Below, piece after piece: positions 10,701-19,114 of a stretch of 64,000 bases of DNA (the first letter of the stretch is position 1; each line of letters begins with the position of its first letter). Both the position numbers and the translations under genes were made by a program. The notes below the pieces were generated by a model, which was not told the origin of the DNA, did not search any database, and saw nothing but the letters and a program-made list of their open reading frames with translations. Source of the DNA: Barthelona sp. PCE (lineage: Eukaryota); contig JAUFOR010000002.1 of assembly GCA_040285745.1 (NCBI GenBank), forward strand, positions 1,550,001-1,614,000. The letters are read 5' to 3'.

Positions 10701-12634
10701 TCCTCTGACTTGAAGTACGGCAATGTGACGTTGTAAAGATGATCTGTGTTAAAAGAAGCATGATAGTCGAGATACTGTTGATGTTGCACTTGTTGCTTAT
10801 CTTTCATCACAGCGTTAAATCTCTTTGAATTGTTCTCGCGGCGCTTCTTCTCGTCAACCATGAAGCGCCCCAGAAGTTTGAAATCTTCCCATGTAGGACG
10901 TTCTTCAATGTTTTGAACAACAATCTCCTCAATGTAAAAACGAAGCATGGATGATATTCTTGGAAGATTAACATCAATCTCAGCACAAAACCCTGAACTG
11001 CCATACAAAACAGGGCGCACAACCTCTCTATCAAGAAGAACCGTCTTGTTCACGGAATGACGCCATAATTGAAACGCTCCCTTCATAGAAATAAGAGCTC
11101 GATGTGCCAGAAACTCCTTGTACCGACGCTTCATGCTAACGTAGTGCTTGAACGCAAAGAATGACTTGTACAAAAGACCTATATCACTCCCACTTATCAA
11201 GTGAAAAACATGAATCATCTTTTGACGTTTATACTGCTTCTTAGACCGACAAACATTAATGATGTTACCCATTATGTAGTCCTTCTTGATGGCAACAAGC
11301 TTGCGTAACAAATCAAAGACCCGTCGCTTCTTATCCATTGCATCAACGTATTGCAACTTTGCAATCAATATTTCTTCTTTGTGCTTGAAACGGTACTCCC
11401 TGTACCATTTCGCAATCATACGCTTACCATGCACCTTCATGTAAATCTTCAGCTGTAGAACACGCTGCATGAAGGAAAAAGTGCGACTTTTTAACACCTT
11501 GTGTTTTGCTCTTAAAAATGTGTACTTCTTGTACTCAAGGGATTCATTGGCGTGGAACTTGTCCCGCCAGATAACAAAACATTTTTTAAGCGGCATTCTA
11601 TACTTAAAGAAATTGTATAAGAAAATGTGAAATATTTTCCTCTGTTTCTCCTTCTCCAAGAACAACTCCCATGCTGGAAAAATGTACTCCTGCTCTATAT
11701 CAGGAGGTAGCAGCTTTAAACGCTTGTGCTTCTGAAACTTTGTGTAATTCCGCCAAAATAAAAGAGAGTGCTTAAATCTTAACGCAGACTTTCTATCATT
11801 GTCAGTCTTGACTCGCTCTCTGAAGGCATTTCGCTTCCGTATCAAATAAATCCACTTCTGAATGGGTACACGCATTATACTATGCTCAATAGAAACCTTA
11901 GCTTTGCGTAACAAGTTCTCACGCTTCAATTTGTAATGCCATACCTTGAATGCACGTCTCTTCAGGCGAGCCTTGAAGAATTGCAATGGTGCAATAAGAC
12001 GATACCATGTTTGGAATGTGTCAAGCTTCAACTCGCTTACGTATAATTTACGAGATGCAACAACACTTTTTAAAAGCTTCTTTAATCGATACCAGCGCCA
12101 AAAACGAAGAATCACCTCAGCATAAACACCGTTTCGAAACTCTTTCTTGTAAGTACGAACAAAAGTACTGATGTGGTTCTCCGTATTACTACCATCATTG
12201 GATTCAACTAAATCGATAAGCCCCTGTTGCTCTTCATCTTTGAACTCGATACGGTCCAGTTCACCTGATGGTATGATCGTATTGGGGGAAATGCCCTGTC
12301 GAATCAATTCAAAAACTGTTAGATCATCATCAATTGTAACATTCTGCTCAATATCATAGTCAATCTGCGGTTTAAGTGCATGCATCTGTTGTGGATCAAG
12401 ACTAACTCGACGGGTCTTGAGGCTTACTAGCAAGTCCTCTTCAAATTGGTTGATCTCGCCCTCTTCCTTTGATTCAAAGCGGATAACGGCTTCGTTTTCA
12501 GCAACAGGATCTCGTATCCTAACGTTGACGCTTAGCAAATTATCACTAATTTCGAAATTATTCGAGTGAAGCTTTGCCTCTTTCAATGTCAGTCTGTACG
12601 CCTGATTCAAGGCCTCTTCCATATTATTTGACAT
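4709..12634 (-). CDS. Giant 2641-aa protein: N-terminal Sfi1-like Trp repeats, coiled coil, long acidic low-complexity region
   Basis: Uninterrupted ORF with recurring F-x-x-W basic helices (AFKVW, CFVIW, AFQLW, TFQTW). Confidence 0.7.
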   Translation of the reverse strand: MSNNMEEALNQAYRLTLKEAKLHSNNFEISDNLLSVNVRIRDPVAENEAVIRFESKEEGEINQFEEDLLVSLKTRRVSLDPQQMHALKPQIDYDIEQNVTIDDDLTVFELIRQGISPNTIIPSGELDRIEFKDEEQQGLIDLVESNDGSNTENHISTFVRTYKKEFRNGVYAEVILRFWRWYRLKKLLKSVVASRKLYVSELKLDTFQTWYRLIAPLQFFKARLKRRAFKVWHYKLKRENLLRKAKVSIEHSIMRVPIQKWIYLIRKRNAFRERVKTDNDRKSALRFKHSLLFWRNYTKFQKHKRLKLLPPDIEQEYIFPAWELFLEKEKQRKIFHIFLYNFFKYRMPLKKCFVIWRDKFHANESLEYKKYTFLRAKHKVLKSRTFSFMQRVLQLKIYMKVHGKRMIAKWYREYRFKHKEEILIAKLQYVDAMDKKRRVFDLLRKLVAIKKDYIMGNIINVCRSKKQYKRQKMIHVFHLISGSDIGLLYKSFFAFKHYVSMKRRYKEFLAHRALISMKGAFQLWRHSVNKTVLLDREVVRPVLYGSSGFCAEIDVNLPRISSMLRFYIEEIVVQNIEERPTWEDFKLLGRFMVDEKKRRENNSKRFNAVMKDKQQVQHQQYLDYHASFNTDHLYNVTLPYFKSEEQKKLLFSELILKNTEIWMNKQRFFDSIFLNFKIEKQLKQIRKKNPYFTLPKNLKRIIRNFGVGFNFDAYDDEGEDPSQENQQIIRYRPPPASQADFFFEFEVDTEVEDEIDNETVVRIVTVVRWQRKTQDEIKLIEAEKMKKKRLKSGKKRRKKKAKSAKVKEQISIDSSGVSQLLGMIDNQHQIIAKERSLEEEEQSQQREMALMADMDVYSRHQEMQFFKQAQSSFDERVSIIRNTNDGESLLKIINEQVKLTESNPLFELLARPPPQSLEDPQQTDPLMYGFSGYDSRQRSDILQFSMGLSEPDTDGILTDDEPMVAPESIVKFLNLNEKEFDEHFDLDKVEGEEHVSHVSDVSVTSLHVDVSTPNQPNVRTPDVGIGIGTNDKVKQPQLKNVNNNDEFLVLDVESHTPELLDVSQSELSVISRNSSGVALVGMSVNEMIHNDEMSKASELSEEAKERRRVLREKKKAMLLKRFDSAGSLYEESEDIVEQNIGSFDSIESLDSLSDSVFDVPHESEEHEDHEDEDDDGKRKGKMSVADRQRERRQKNFARRKSISNRDMVSSAEEIMRKHSTSFESETQNRRSSLFRSTDFEGTPIQSFTSEVDELKEFESVEEVSDVDFDELAEMKRRERDEQTKEWAGYAQEIRDDFKKKLDRKKAVAEEEIRKKQQALRRKQELEREQQQKRNNADFLRMERAEKAAKAREDEINRIVEEKRKKDELYAIFNDDRAEELAAKALKARLRNMKELKKRKEAEAAEYFEQVKRMEEETEAKLFNSSERLDTIAQANRQRIEEEENLANAEELILQQMMAAYEMQMEKSQEPEDEGLFGLVTSAVGGKKKTVEEKALSKMSKMLESSVSVAIDEHVASLAELGINLASGQPSLMTRERRMSLALPGKLIGDVTVTPLQNEAALKNLFLGTKSGNLRRHSVTGTVLEGHVYSFGNEFEPDETLSLTGKQWSSSIPVRMRMLIRQRLQHELEQRRRRELDKFTEEDYRKPVVHLEGIEVHAFGHRRGSYIASDNDLIALQVDTHITRVDVIPEEHSLSDVRSTNYDNESASMNDDIVEDLEGAVDLTTSFFDPASVSHHRRFSITESRRKERRPSFMNAPMDVNRRPSVMHQLDFDQLSEVSMSIISESDHLDTYRSDTECSVGELERIPVDVIDDMSDPETQAANVDLYQEHQTESDTEMVNELLSTTTSETEEDELITTPVVFTNVTSNQEPVIEVESPRPLTPRTALIMGFNGELSDNTPVHLVYDDGTPYNYEQIAEKEVVEPLKKSYVGASESVQDARSRRTRKKVEIFTDSISKNFVSPNKQPKLHPFSESRPKHHSLHVRDPGDRRKKLSYDSDGSETRLEEPILFHDEDTGKSVVLNEKLTDSMAASRDHRWRPTVPNITVDIAKPPVVSVALSESESELDFISHLSGVESAASVREQEPEPEPITDRPLEIQSVQFSKGAPKALGRVIRNGVAARKAVELLSVTPKNKRIRTGVPKADEIQLHGLDSETETDNESELDFVDLDSVELPDIDYGALNQGSVFNYIDKKVDYTPTTIDLDSLLPETDEDDWKSVVGASDAETVSTQWSDTMEDDMMLVNALKSVDPTPNISPIHSGRIRVGRPGSGITLKSIHKSKNDVSLPPIKLDVCPINPLEVNTEPDPAPVHRKTPRTPTPRKDVSPLTEEDEALLQLLRTPVIDCIVKETISLTPMARAMATAEKSRRKMQKEITNSDMPFDIAVMDEAFLMLLFFETCQQNQTSRAFLHSLLYARTNKPTKKRSKKDKTVVLPVPKLNLKTTGQTGASAAALVSSRLRNTMGSRVPYNSGSITYRTPRSHVVANIEEEKVDNLPQIDVKNTLIFHSLKQLASGVSDLCFPSIDVVSDSNFPNINAIAAYSLVALISELRSVSSKYTLVERSDKDEFILSDTFASVLTRAYKIFITHRSHSFEFDGLWKAYFSSRKDAVKAFIITSKQKKTVLKSRLNDLLKNMSNNKLESLV

Positions 12635-12695
12635 ATTAAATGTTGAAAATATTCATTTCCATTGATAATGGTTAAAAAAAATGTAACAAAAAACT

Positions 12696-13649
12696 TTACT
12701 GATTGAGACCCAAAACGTGTGCTAGCTCTTCCTCTGTCATATCTATCAGCTTACCAGCCTCAACATGTAGCCTTTGCCTTTTCAGAATATCTATAAGCTT
12801 TGCCTGCTTCTTGATAACCTTCATTAATTCACGCTTCTGCCTTGTAAGCTTGTTCTTAGATCTATCTAAGTCCTGTACTTTTGTAGTAAGCTCCTCTTCT
12901 CTCGTTTTAAAAAGCAATTTGTCTTCTTGGTATTTCTTCTCTACCGTTTTCAGTTTCCCACTCAACCTTCTTAATTTAACATTGTTTGACTGGCTCTCGT
13001 GCCTGTTTCTGTTCTCATGTTGCCGTATATTACCTATTTCTTCTGTTAGTTCCTCTTTCTCATTCCGCAGGTTTCGATATTTCTCTTCATTTATCATACT
13101 CTTCCTTTTATACTTGTCCAACTCGCTCTTGAGCTCCAAATTGGCGTGGAATAACTGTAACTTTTCCTTCGAAAGCGTTTTCAACTTCTGATTATACTCA
13201 TTTCTTTCTTCCTCGCCAAGTTGCAAATCAGAGTATGCACGCTTCAGCTTCTCTTCCAAGCTCTTGACTGTTGCTGCTTGATACTTTAAAGCTAAATCTA
13301 AACCGTACTGATTAACTAAGTCAATCGGCAATTCAAGCTCTTCGATCAATCTGGCATCAAGAGAGCCCTCAACGAGCTTGTCGTCTGCCTTGGGAGGTGC
13401 CCCAGACACATCTGGTTCGATAGATTCCTCAACCTTAGGGTTTTGTTGAGCATTCACCTCTCCATCAGTCAAGAAAGTTTTTTGATCCGGAATCATGACC
13501 AAATCGTCATCTAATTTTTCATTTTCAAGCCTTTCTGCCTTTCGAAGCACTTCTTCACAACGCTCATCTATTTCCTCATCCAGCTCATCGATCTCTTTCA
13601 TATGCCTTTCAAAGAGATTATCGATTGATTCTTTCCACTTGTGCTCCAT
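12696..13649 (-). CDS. TEX9: TEX9-like coiled-coil (centriolar/ciliary) protein
   Basis: C-terminus KKQAKLIDILKRQRLHVEAGKLIDMTEEE matches the TEX9 family signature. First ATG at 13649. Confidence 0.75.
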   Translation of the reverse strand: MEHKWKESIDNLFERHMKEIDELDEEIDERCEEVLRKAERLENEKLDDDLVMIPDQKTFLTDGEVNAQQNPKVEESIEPDVSGAPPKADDKLVEGSLDARLIEELELPIDLVNQYGLDLALKYQAATVKSLEEKLKRAYSDLQLGEEERNEYNQKLKTLSKEKLQLFHANLELKSELDKYKRKSMINEEKYRNLRNEKEELTEEIGNIRQHENRNRHESQSNNVKLRRLSGKLKTVEKKYQEDKLLFKTREEELTTKVQDLDRSKNKLTRQKRELMKVIKKQAKLIDILKRQRLHVEAGKLIDMTEEELAHVLGLNQ

Positions 13650-13804
13650 TAAAACCCCTAAATAATACAAAAAGATAAGTGTGTAGGTGGATAATCGCAA
13701 AAACAACTTGTTGACATTAAATATCAGCTGTACAGTAGTGAAAGATTCGCTGCACCCACAAAAGAGCTATCGAAACACAAAAATAAATAGACTAAAACAG
13801 TTTA

Positions 13805-16486
13805 CTAACAAATGATGTCAAGAATACCTGACATGATTTCATCGCTCATCTCAGCCAAGTAAGGCTCAAGCTCGAGACACTCCTCAGTAATTGTAACGGG
13901 ATGAAGATGGACCAAAGAAGTCAGCTTGCAGGGCTTGATTTTGGCATCCTCCAATGTTCCCATCTGTGTAAGACAAACACCTTCAAGTCCAACACCAGTT
14001 AACAAGACCTTACAGCCAATATCGTGGGCAAAGTCGAGCATGGGACCAGTAATTGGACCCAATGTAACGGTGGCAGGTACTTGCTCGAAACCTAAGCGCT
14101 CAGCAATCTTCTGGTTGGTTTCAGCATCATAAAGCTTGGTAGCGTCGGGGAATCTAGTTCCAATCTCGACGCAGTTGTGACCCCAGAGGGAAGAATCACC
14201 CCATTGATTGACTAACTCATTAAGGATGATAGGCTTGGAAGTATCAATAACACCTTCACGAACATAACCTTGGTGAACTGAAACAAAGTGATGAACACCC
14301 ATCAAGGCCAAAGCGCGCAACAACTTTGTGGTACCCTCAAGAGGGGCACCATGAGTACAATTGAACTCACCAGTAACGATGACGACTGGAGTTTCCTCAC
14401 GCATCTCAACACGGATGGAACCTGAAGGGTGGAAAGGAATGGAGACGCCACCATCTGCACCGTCAATGATAAAGGCAACAGCCTTTGAACCTTGATAATC
14501 CCACTCAAGCAAGTTCTTGAGAACATCAGCATCCTCAACGGCTTCACTGTAAGATGATCCATTGATCTGCTCGGTGTAGGGAGTGTAAACACGCTCACGT
14601 ACAACAGGAGCCTCAACATAATCGGGGCCGAAGTTATCAAGATCAAGACGGGACTCTACTAACATATTAGCGATTGAGGCACCAAAAACTTCAGCGCTTG
14701 AAACGTCCATTGGCTCAGCGACACCACAAAGAGTGGCACCGATGATAGCAGTGGGAATACCGTGTGAACGAAGGGAGGTAAGGATACCAAGATCTGCAAT
14801 GGTAGTTGCCTCGCACTTCATGAACTTCTCCTCAGGCGAAATAATTGAGCTAGTAACGCCCAAGTATCCACGAAGAGTACCAACGGAAGGAATTGTAGAA
14901 GGAGCCTCTACAGCAAGATTAATGGTGGGGAATGCGCTTGAGCCAGTTGAAGCAAGATTTGTACGAAGACCGGGCAAGACAGTATGTGACTCGTAATAAG
15001 GAGGAAGCATGGGGCATGGAATGTTCTTAGTCATAAAGAGGGTATCCTTAACAATGAATGGTGTTCTGGTGAGCTCATTGTCAGAGTTAGATACTGCAAT
15101 GACAGATTGCATAGCCCAGCTGATACCCATTCTCAGAAGAAGGGTAGCGATGTAACGTGACTCATCAGCATCAAATACCGAAGAGATGGATATGGGGATG
15201 GCCATGATAACACGTGTCCTTTCAACATCGGAGTGCTCTGGGTCGTTAAGCTCAGCAAAGACAAGGTTAGTGGTGTTAGCAAACTTGGACTTCCAGGGGA
15301 AACCCTTGAGAGTGGTAACAGGTACTTTATAAAGGATTTCCTTGATAGCGGAACCTGCCTTATGCTTACACTCACAGAAGAATGCACCGTCGATTTCGAG
15401 CTCACCAATGGTTTCGCGGATGACAGCAATGTCAGCATCAATGACATCAATTGTGGGACACTGTTCACGTGTGGGAACAAGAGGAATCTTCATCTCAGGG
15501 TGCTCGAAAGTAAGCTCATGATGCTCGAGGGGATCGTTTCTGCCAAGATGAGCAAAAATCTCACGAACCAAAGGCTGGAGAGTAAATGAAGCAAGTTCTG
15601 CAGCTTCCTTAACCTCCTCGTGAGTAAGTTGATGCTTAGAATAACCAGCAGCAAGGTTGCAGATGACAGAAATGGCAAAGACCTCCATGCCAAGAGCATG
15701 AGCAGCAATGGTCTCGGGAACAGTGGACATACCAAAAGCAATGGCGTTCATGGACACACCACGGTGAACTTCGTTCTTGGTCTCGAAAGAGGGGCCGGGG
15801 GACCAACAGTAACAGCCACGGTGAAGTTTCTCCTGAAGCTTGTCGTTGGCTTCTCTCTGTCTGATAGCTTCCTCCTCAGTCTCAGCTTCTTCAGCCTTCT
15901 TGAGACGGTAAGCCTTGATGGCTTCCTCACGCTCGGCAAAGATCTTGGGGAACAGTTCTTCAGACAGGGTAGCGAGACGCTCCGAATAAATATCACGAGC
16001 ATCAGTGAATTCCTGACCGTTAGAGAACCCTGGTTCAGCAATGGTCTGGAACACAGGAGACATACCTGTACCGTTGTAGTGATCCTTAATGATCATGAGA
16101 TCAGCACCCTCAAAGTTGAGGTCGGCACCGCCTGCAGCATTGGTAGCAAAGTATAACTTACAACCACAAGCAGCTGCAAGACGTGGAAGCCAAGTAGTGA
16201 GGTGAGTGGGGTAGGACTCGTAAGCGTGGAAACGACCAGCAAAACAAAGTACCTTATAGCCATCAAACGTGCCCAGTACTAACTCTCCACGATGACCAGA
16301 TACACCAACAGCAGGCATACCAGGAATATCTTGGTATTTGATTCTAGGACAGCTAGCATCAAGAACATCAACAACGAAGTTCGAAAGACCAGAACCGAGA
16401 GTTAAAGCAGCATGACAAAGGCCAAACCTCTCCTTAACGTATTCTGCGGCCTTGAGAAGGCCGTCTGTATAATCGTTAACAATCAT
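13805..16486 (-). CDS. PNP: Purine nucleoside phosphorylase (trimeric NP-I type) with two extra degenerate PNP-like domains
   Basis: LGSGL, GRFHAYE, TNAAGG, GPSFET, GMSTVPE, CNLAAG in the N-terminal third. Codon usage looks strongly biased. Confidence 0.9.
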   Translation of the reverse strand: MIVNDYTDGLLKAAEYVKERFGLCHAALTLGSGLSNFVVDVLDASCPRIKYQDIPGMPAVGVSGHRGELVLGTFDGYKVLCFAGRFHAYESYPTHLTTWLPRLAAACGCKLYFATNAAGGADLNFEGADLMIIKDHYNGTGMSPVFQTIAEPGFSNGQEFTDARDIYSERLATLSEELFPKIFAEREEAIKAYRLKKAEEAETEEEAIRQREANDKLQEKLHRGCYCWSPGPSFETKNEVHRGVSMNAIAFGMSTVPETIAAHALGMEVFAISVICNLAAGYSKHQLTHEEVKEAAELASFTLQPLVREIFAHLGRNDPLEHHELTFEHPEMKIPLVPTREQCPTIDVIDADIAVIRETIGELEIDGAFFCECKHKAGSAIKEILYKVPVTTLKGFPWKSKFANTTNLVFAELNDPEHSDVERTRVIMAIPISISSVFDADESRYIATLLLRMGISWAMQSVIAVSNSDNELTRTPFIVKDTLFMTKNIPCPMLPPYYESHTVLPGLRTNLASTGSSAFPTINLAVEAPSTIPSVGTLRGYLGVTSSIISPEEKFMKCEATTIADLGILTSLRSHGIPTAIIGATLCGVAEPMDVSSAEVFGASIANMLVESRLDLDNFGPDYVEAPVVRERVYTPYTEQINGSSYSEAVEDADVLKNLLEWDYQGSKAVAFIIDGADGGVSIPFHPSGSIRVEMREETPVVIVTGEFNCTHGAPLEGTTKLLRALALMGVHHFVSVHQGYVREGVIDTSKPIILNELVNQWGDSSLWGHNCVEIGTRFPDATKLYDAETNQKIAERLGFEQVPATVTLGPITGPMLDFAHDIGCKVLLTGVGLEGVCLTQMGTLEDAKIKPCKLTSLVHLHPVTITEECLELEPYLAEMSDEIMSGILDIIC

Positions 16487-16675
16487 AAATAAGAAAAAGT
16501 GCAAAAAAGCGACAACAATTTATTGAATCGATGTGTTGACCACCTCTACTAACTGAACACCTTTTATTCAATGTACATGGCACTCTCATGCCTATCATGA
16601 CCCTTTCAGTGGCTGTAGATAGCCTAAATACTTCTTTTTGTTTAATTCCCTTTTTTCACTAAAGTAGCTATTACT

Positions 16676-17089
16676 ATGGGTATGTTAAGACATTAAAACA
16701 CCTTGATGTGGCATTTACATTTAGTTAAGAGCACACAGAAGTTCCGTGAGATGAACGTTGAGGAAATCATGTCCTCACTCAAGAAGGAGAAGAACGAGCT
16801 CCTCAAGCTCCGTGTCTCCAAGGTTGCCTCCGGTGGCGCCTCCAAGCTTCTTCAAATGAAGAACATTCGTCGTGAAATCGCCAGAATGAAGACTATTATG
16901 CGTGAGAAGCAGCTCGAGGAACTCAGGACCAAGTACGAGGGCAAGAAGTACGCCCCTATCTGCCTCCGTACCAAGGGAACACGTGCCATGCGTCGTGCTC
17001 TTTCTGAGGAGCAGAAGGCTATGCAAACTGTCCGTCAACAGAAGCGCGCCAACAGCTTCCGTGATTACACTTACGCTATCGAGGCTTAA
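16676..17089 (+). CDS. RPL35: 60S ribosomal protein L35 (uL29); exons 16676-16679 and 16725-17089
   Basis: ELLKLRVSKVASGGASKL, IRREIAR, GKKYAPICLRTKGTRAMRRAL. ATG G|intron|TT AAG. Confidence 0.95.
16680..16724 (+). other. Spliceosomal intron, 45 nt
   Basis: GTATGT...TTTACATTTAG. Removal gives MVKSTQKF. Confidence 0.9.
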
Positions 17090-17141
17090 ATGTTTCTCCA
17101 GGTTTTCTACTTGCAATAAAAGGACGCTCTACTATTTTTGT

Positions 17142-18155
17142 TTACAATTTATCGTAAGGTTCGTTGATTAAATGACTATGTAACTCTGCAATATAACCAT
17201 TAAAAGCAGCAGTTAAAATAAGTGCATCTTCTTCTTTCATTTCATTAGGTTGCTTGTCAATTATATTTTTAACAGCAATAACACGCAAGAATAGCTTCAA
17301 ATCTGGACGGCCATATGCATCAAGTGATTTATCAATGAATGCAATGTCTGTGAGTTGATAAGTTGGATATTCACAATCAACAGGAACAGTTATCTGTAGT
17401 AAAGAGTTATCCTCATTAACTACTATTTCACTGTTATAACAGTAATCATTAACTTCCGTATCAGCAAATGCATCATTTGTTCGTAATGAACAAAACAACT
17501 TATAACCATAAAAACCATAGGAGCTTAGATGTGCCCAATTTTTTGTCTTTGGAAATGACTTCCTGTTACTAAAATTACTGTTTTCAGGAAGTACCATCTT
17601 TAATGTAAGATCTCCAGCCACGTTCTGACACTTAATATTGTGAAAAACTGCCTCATCAAGATCAAAAATTGATCTCTCATCCTTTGCTGATAGTTCTGGT
17701 GCAACAGGTAATAAAGCTCTGAATTGTGGCTGTTCTTCGTCCTCTCTAATGTCAGTTGGGATGTCAAATACATAACCATCCTGTTCCCCTTCACTGTCCT
17801 CATTCATTATCAATAAGTCTTCTTCATCTGAATCAATTTCTATGATGCCACTGCGCCCACGGGTACGTTGCAACTTCGATGGAAGATCATAATTCCTACC
17901 AGGATGTTTTTGAGACAGAAAAGCCCTTTTATCTTTTGTCCATTGTTCGAGCAGTCGCTTATCCATTTCTAATTCAGGTACGTCCTTAAAGACTGGTATT
18001 CCTTGTGAGTGTTTGAAACATTGCCATTGCTTTTGGTTGTAAACACGAACTGTTAAGCCTGGAAACAGTGGACAATCGCAATATGCACACTTTTTCACCG
18101 GTTGACCGGGTAGCCTTTCATCTGTGTCCGGTATTTTATAGACTTCAACAACCAT
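17142..18155 (-). CDS. Hypothetical protein (N-terminal CxxCxC, acidic linker); may have upstream exons
   Basis: 337-aa ATG-initiated ORF. GTATGT intron signal just upstream at 18209. Confidence 0.7.
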   Translation of the reverse strand: MVVEVYKIPDTDERLPGQPVKKCAYCDCPLFPGLTVRVYNQKQWQCFKHSQGIPVFKDVPELEMDKRLLEQWTKDKRAFLSQKHPGRNYDLPSKLQRTRGRSGIIEIDSDEEDLLIMNEDSEGEQDGYVFDIPTDIREDEEQPQFRALLPVAPELSAKDERSIFDLDEAVFHNIKCQNVAGDLTLKMVLPENSNFSNRKSFPKTKNWAHLSSYGFYGYKLFCSLRTNDAFADTEVNDYCYNSEIVVNEDNSLLQITVPVDCEYPTYQLTDIAFIDKSLDAYGRPDLKLFLRVIAVKNIIDKQPNEMKEEDALILTAAFNGYIAELHSHLINEPYDKL

Positions 18156-18430
18156 ACGTCTAGAAAGAGTGAAATGAAGTGAAACAAGTTACGAAAATTT
18201 TTAACATACCTTGGATACGCTAAATGCTGTTATATTGCTGTGGTTATTACAAATTTTTCCATTACAAGAGACAAACTCAAAAATTTATACGCAGGCTAAG
18301 CATTCAATCAGTAAAATGTATTTCACAATTACATTATAACTTTATAGTTTATTTTCTGCTGAATCTAAACTAATCAATATTTTTAAAAGAAAAAAAGAAC
18401 TGTAGTATAAAATTCACTCCATTTCTTGTG

Positions 18431-19114
18431 ATGCCAAAGCGAAGAATTCAAAGCCTCATGCCGCCGTCAAACTTTTCGTGCATCTCAGAGGGCCTGTATC
18501 GTGGTGGTTATCCTCTTATTCCCAATTACTCTTTTCTGTATCAATATCAATTCAAAACAATATTGAGTCTCGTTCCTGAGGAGCCTATACTCGATTACGT
18601 CGAATTTTGCAATGATAACGATATCAAACTCATCTGGAAATCTGTCAAAAAATTCGATGAGGACATTTGCTTCACAAACGATGAAATGGCATCTATTCTT
18701 GAGGTAATAATTAATTGTAACAACTACCCTCTTTACATTCACTGCCTGGATGGAAGCCATAACACCAGTTTAGTTGTAATGTGTTTAAGAAAGTTACAAA
18801 ATTTTTCAATGAGTTATATTACGAATGAAGCCAGACGGTATTCTGCGGAAGTTTTTGCGTATGAATTTCAGTTTATTGAATCATTTGACGGACCAATCAA
18901 TGTGAGTTTTGCAACACCACATTGGTTATGGCCGAATCAACAGATCTTGCATCCATCCATTCAAATCATATTTAGAAGGAATTATATGAGTAAGAAGGCG
19001 TCAAAGAAGGTAGAAACGCACGAAATAGAAGTCAATGATAGACATAATCTACTTGAAGCGCTTGATCTCGAAGGTCTAACCGTTACCAAAGACCGTAAAG
19101 AAGTTATCGAATAG
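18431..19114 (+). CDS. Siw14/Oca-family atypical dual-specificity phosphatase-like protein (Oca6-like)
   Basis: PPSNFSCISEGLYRGGYP, PLYIHCLDG, CLRKLQ. Confidence 0.85.
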   Translation: MPKRRIQSLMPPSNFSCISEGLYRGGYPLIPNYSFLYQYQFKTILSLVPEEPILDYVEFCNDNDIKLIWKSVKKFDEDICFTNDEMASILEVIINCNNYPLYIHCLDGSHNTSLVVMCLRKLQNFSMSYITNEARRYSAEVFAYEFQFIESFDGPINVSFATPHWLWPNQQILHPSIQIIFRRNYMSKKASKKVETHEIEVNDRHNLLEALDLEGLTVTKDRKEVIE

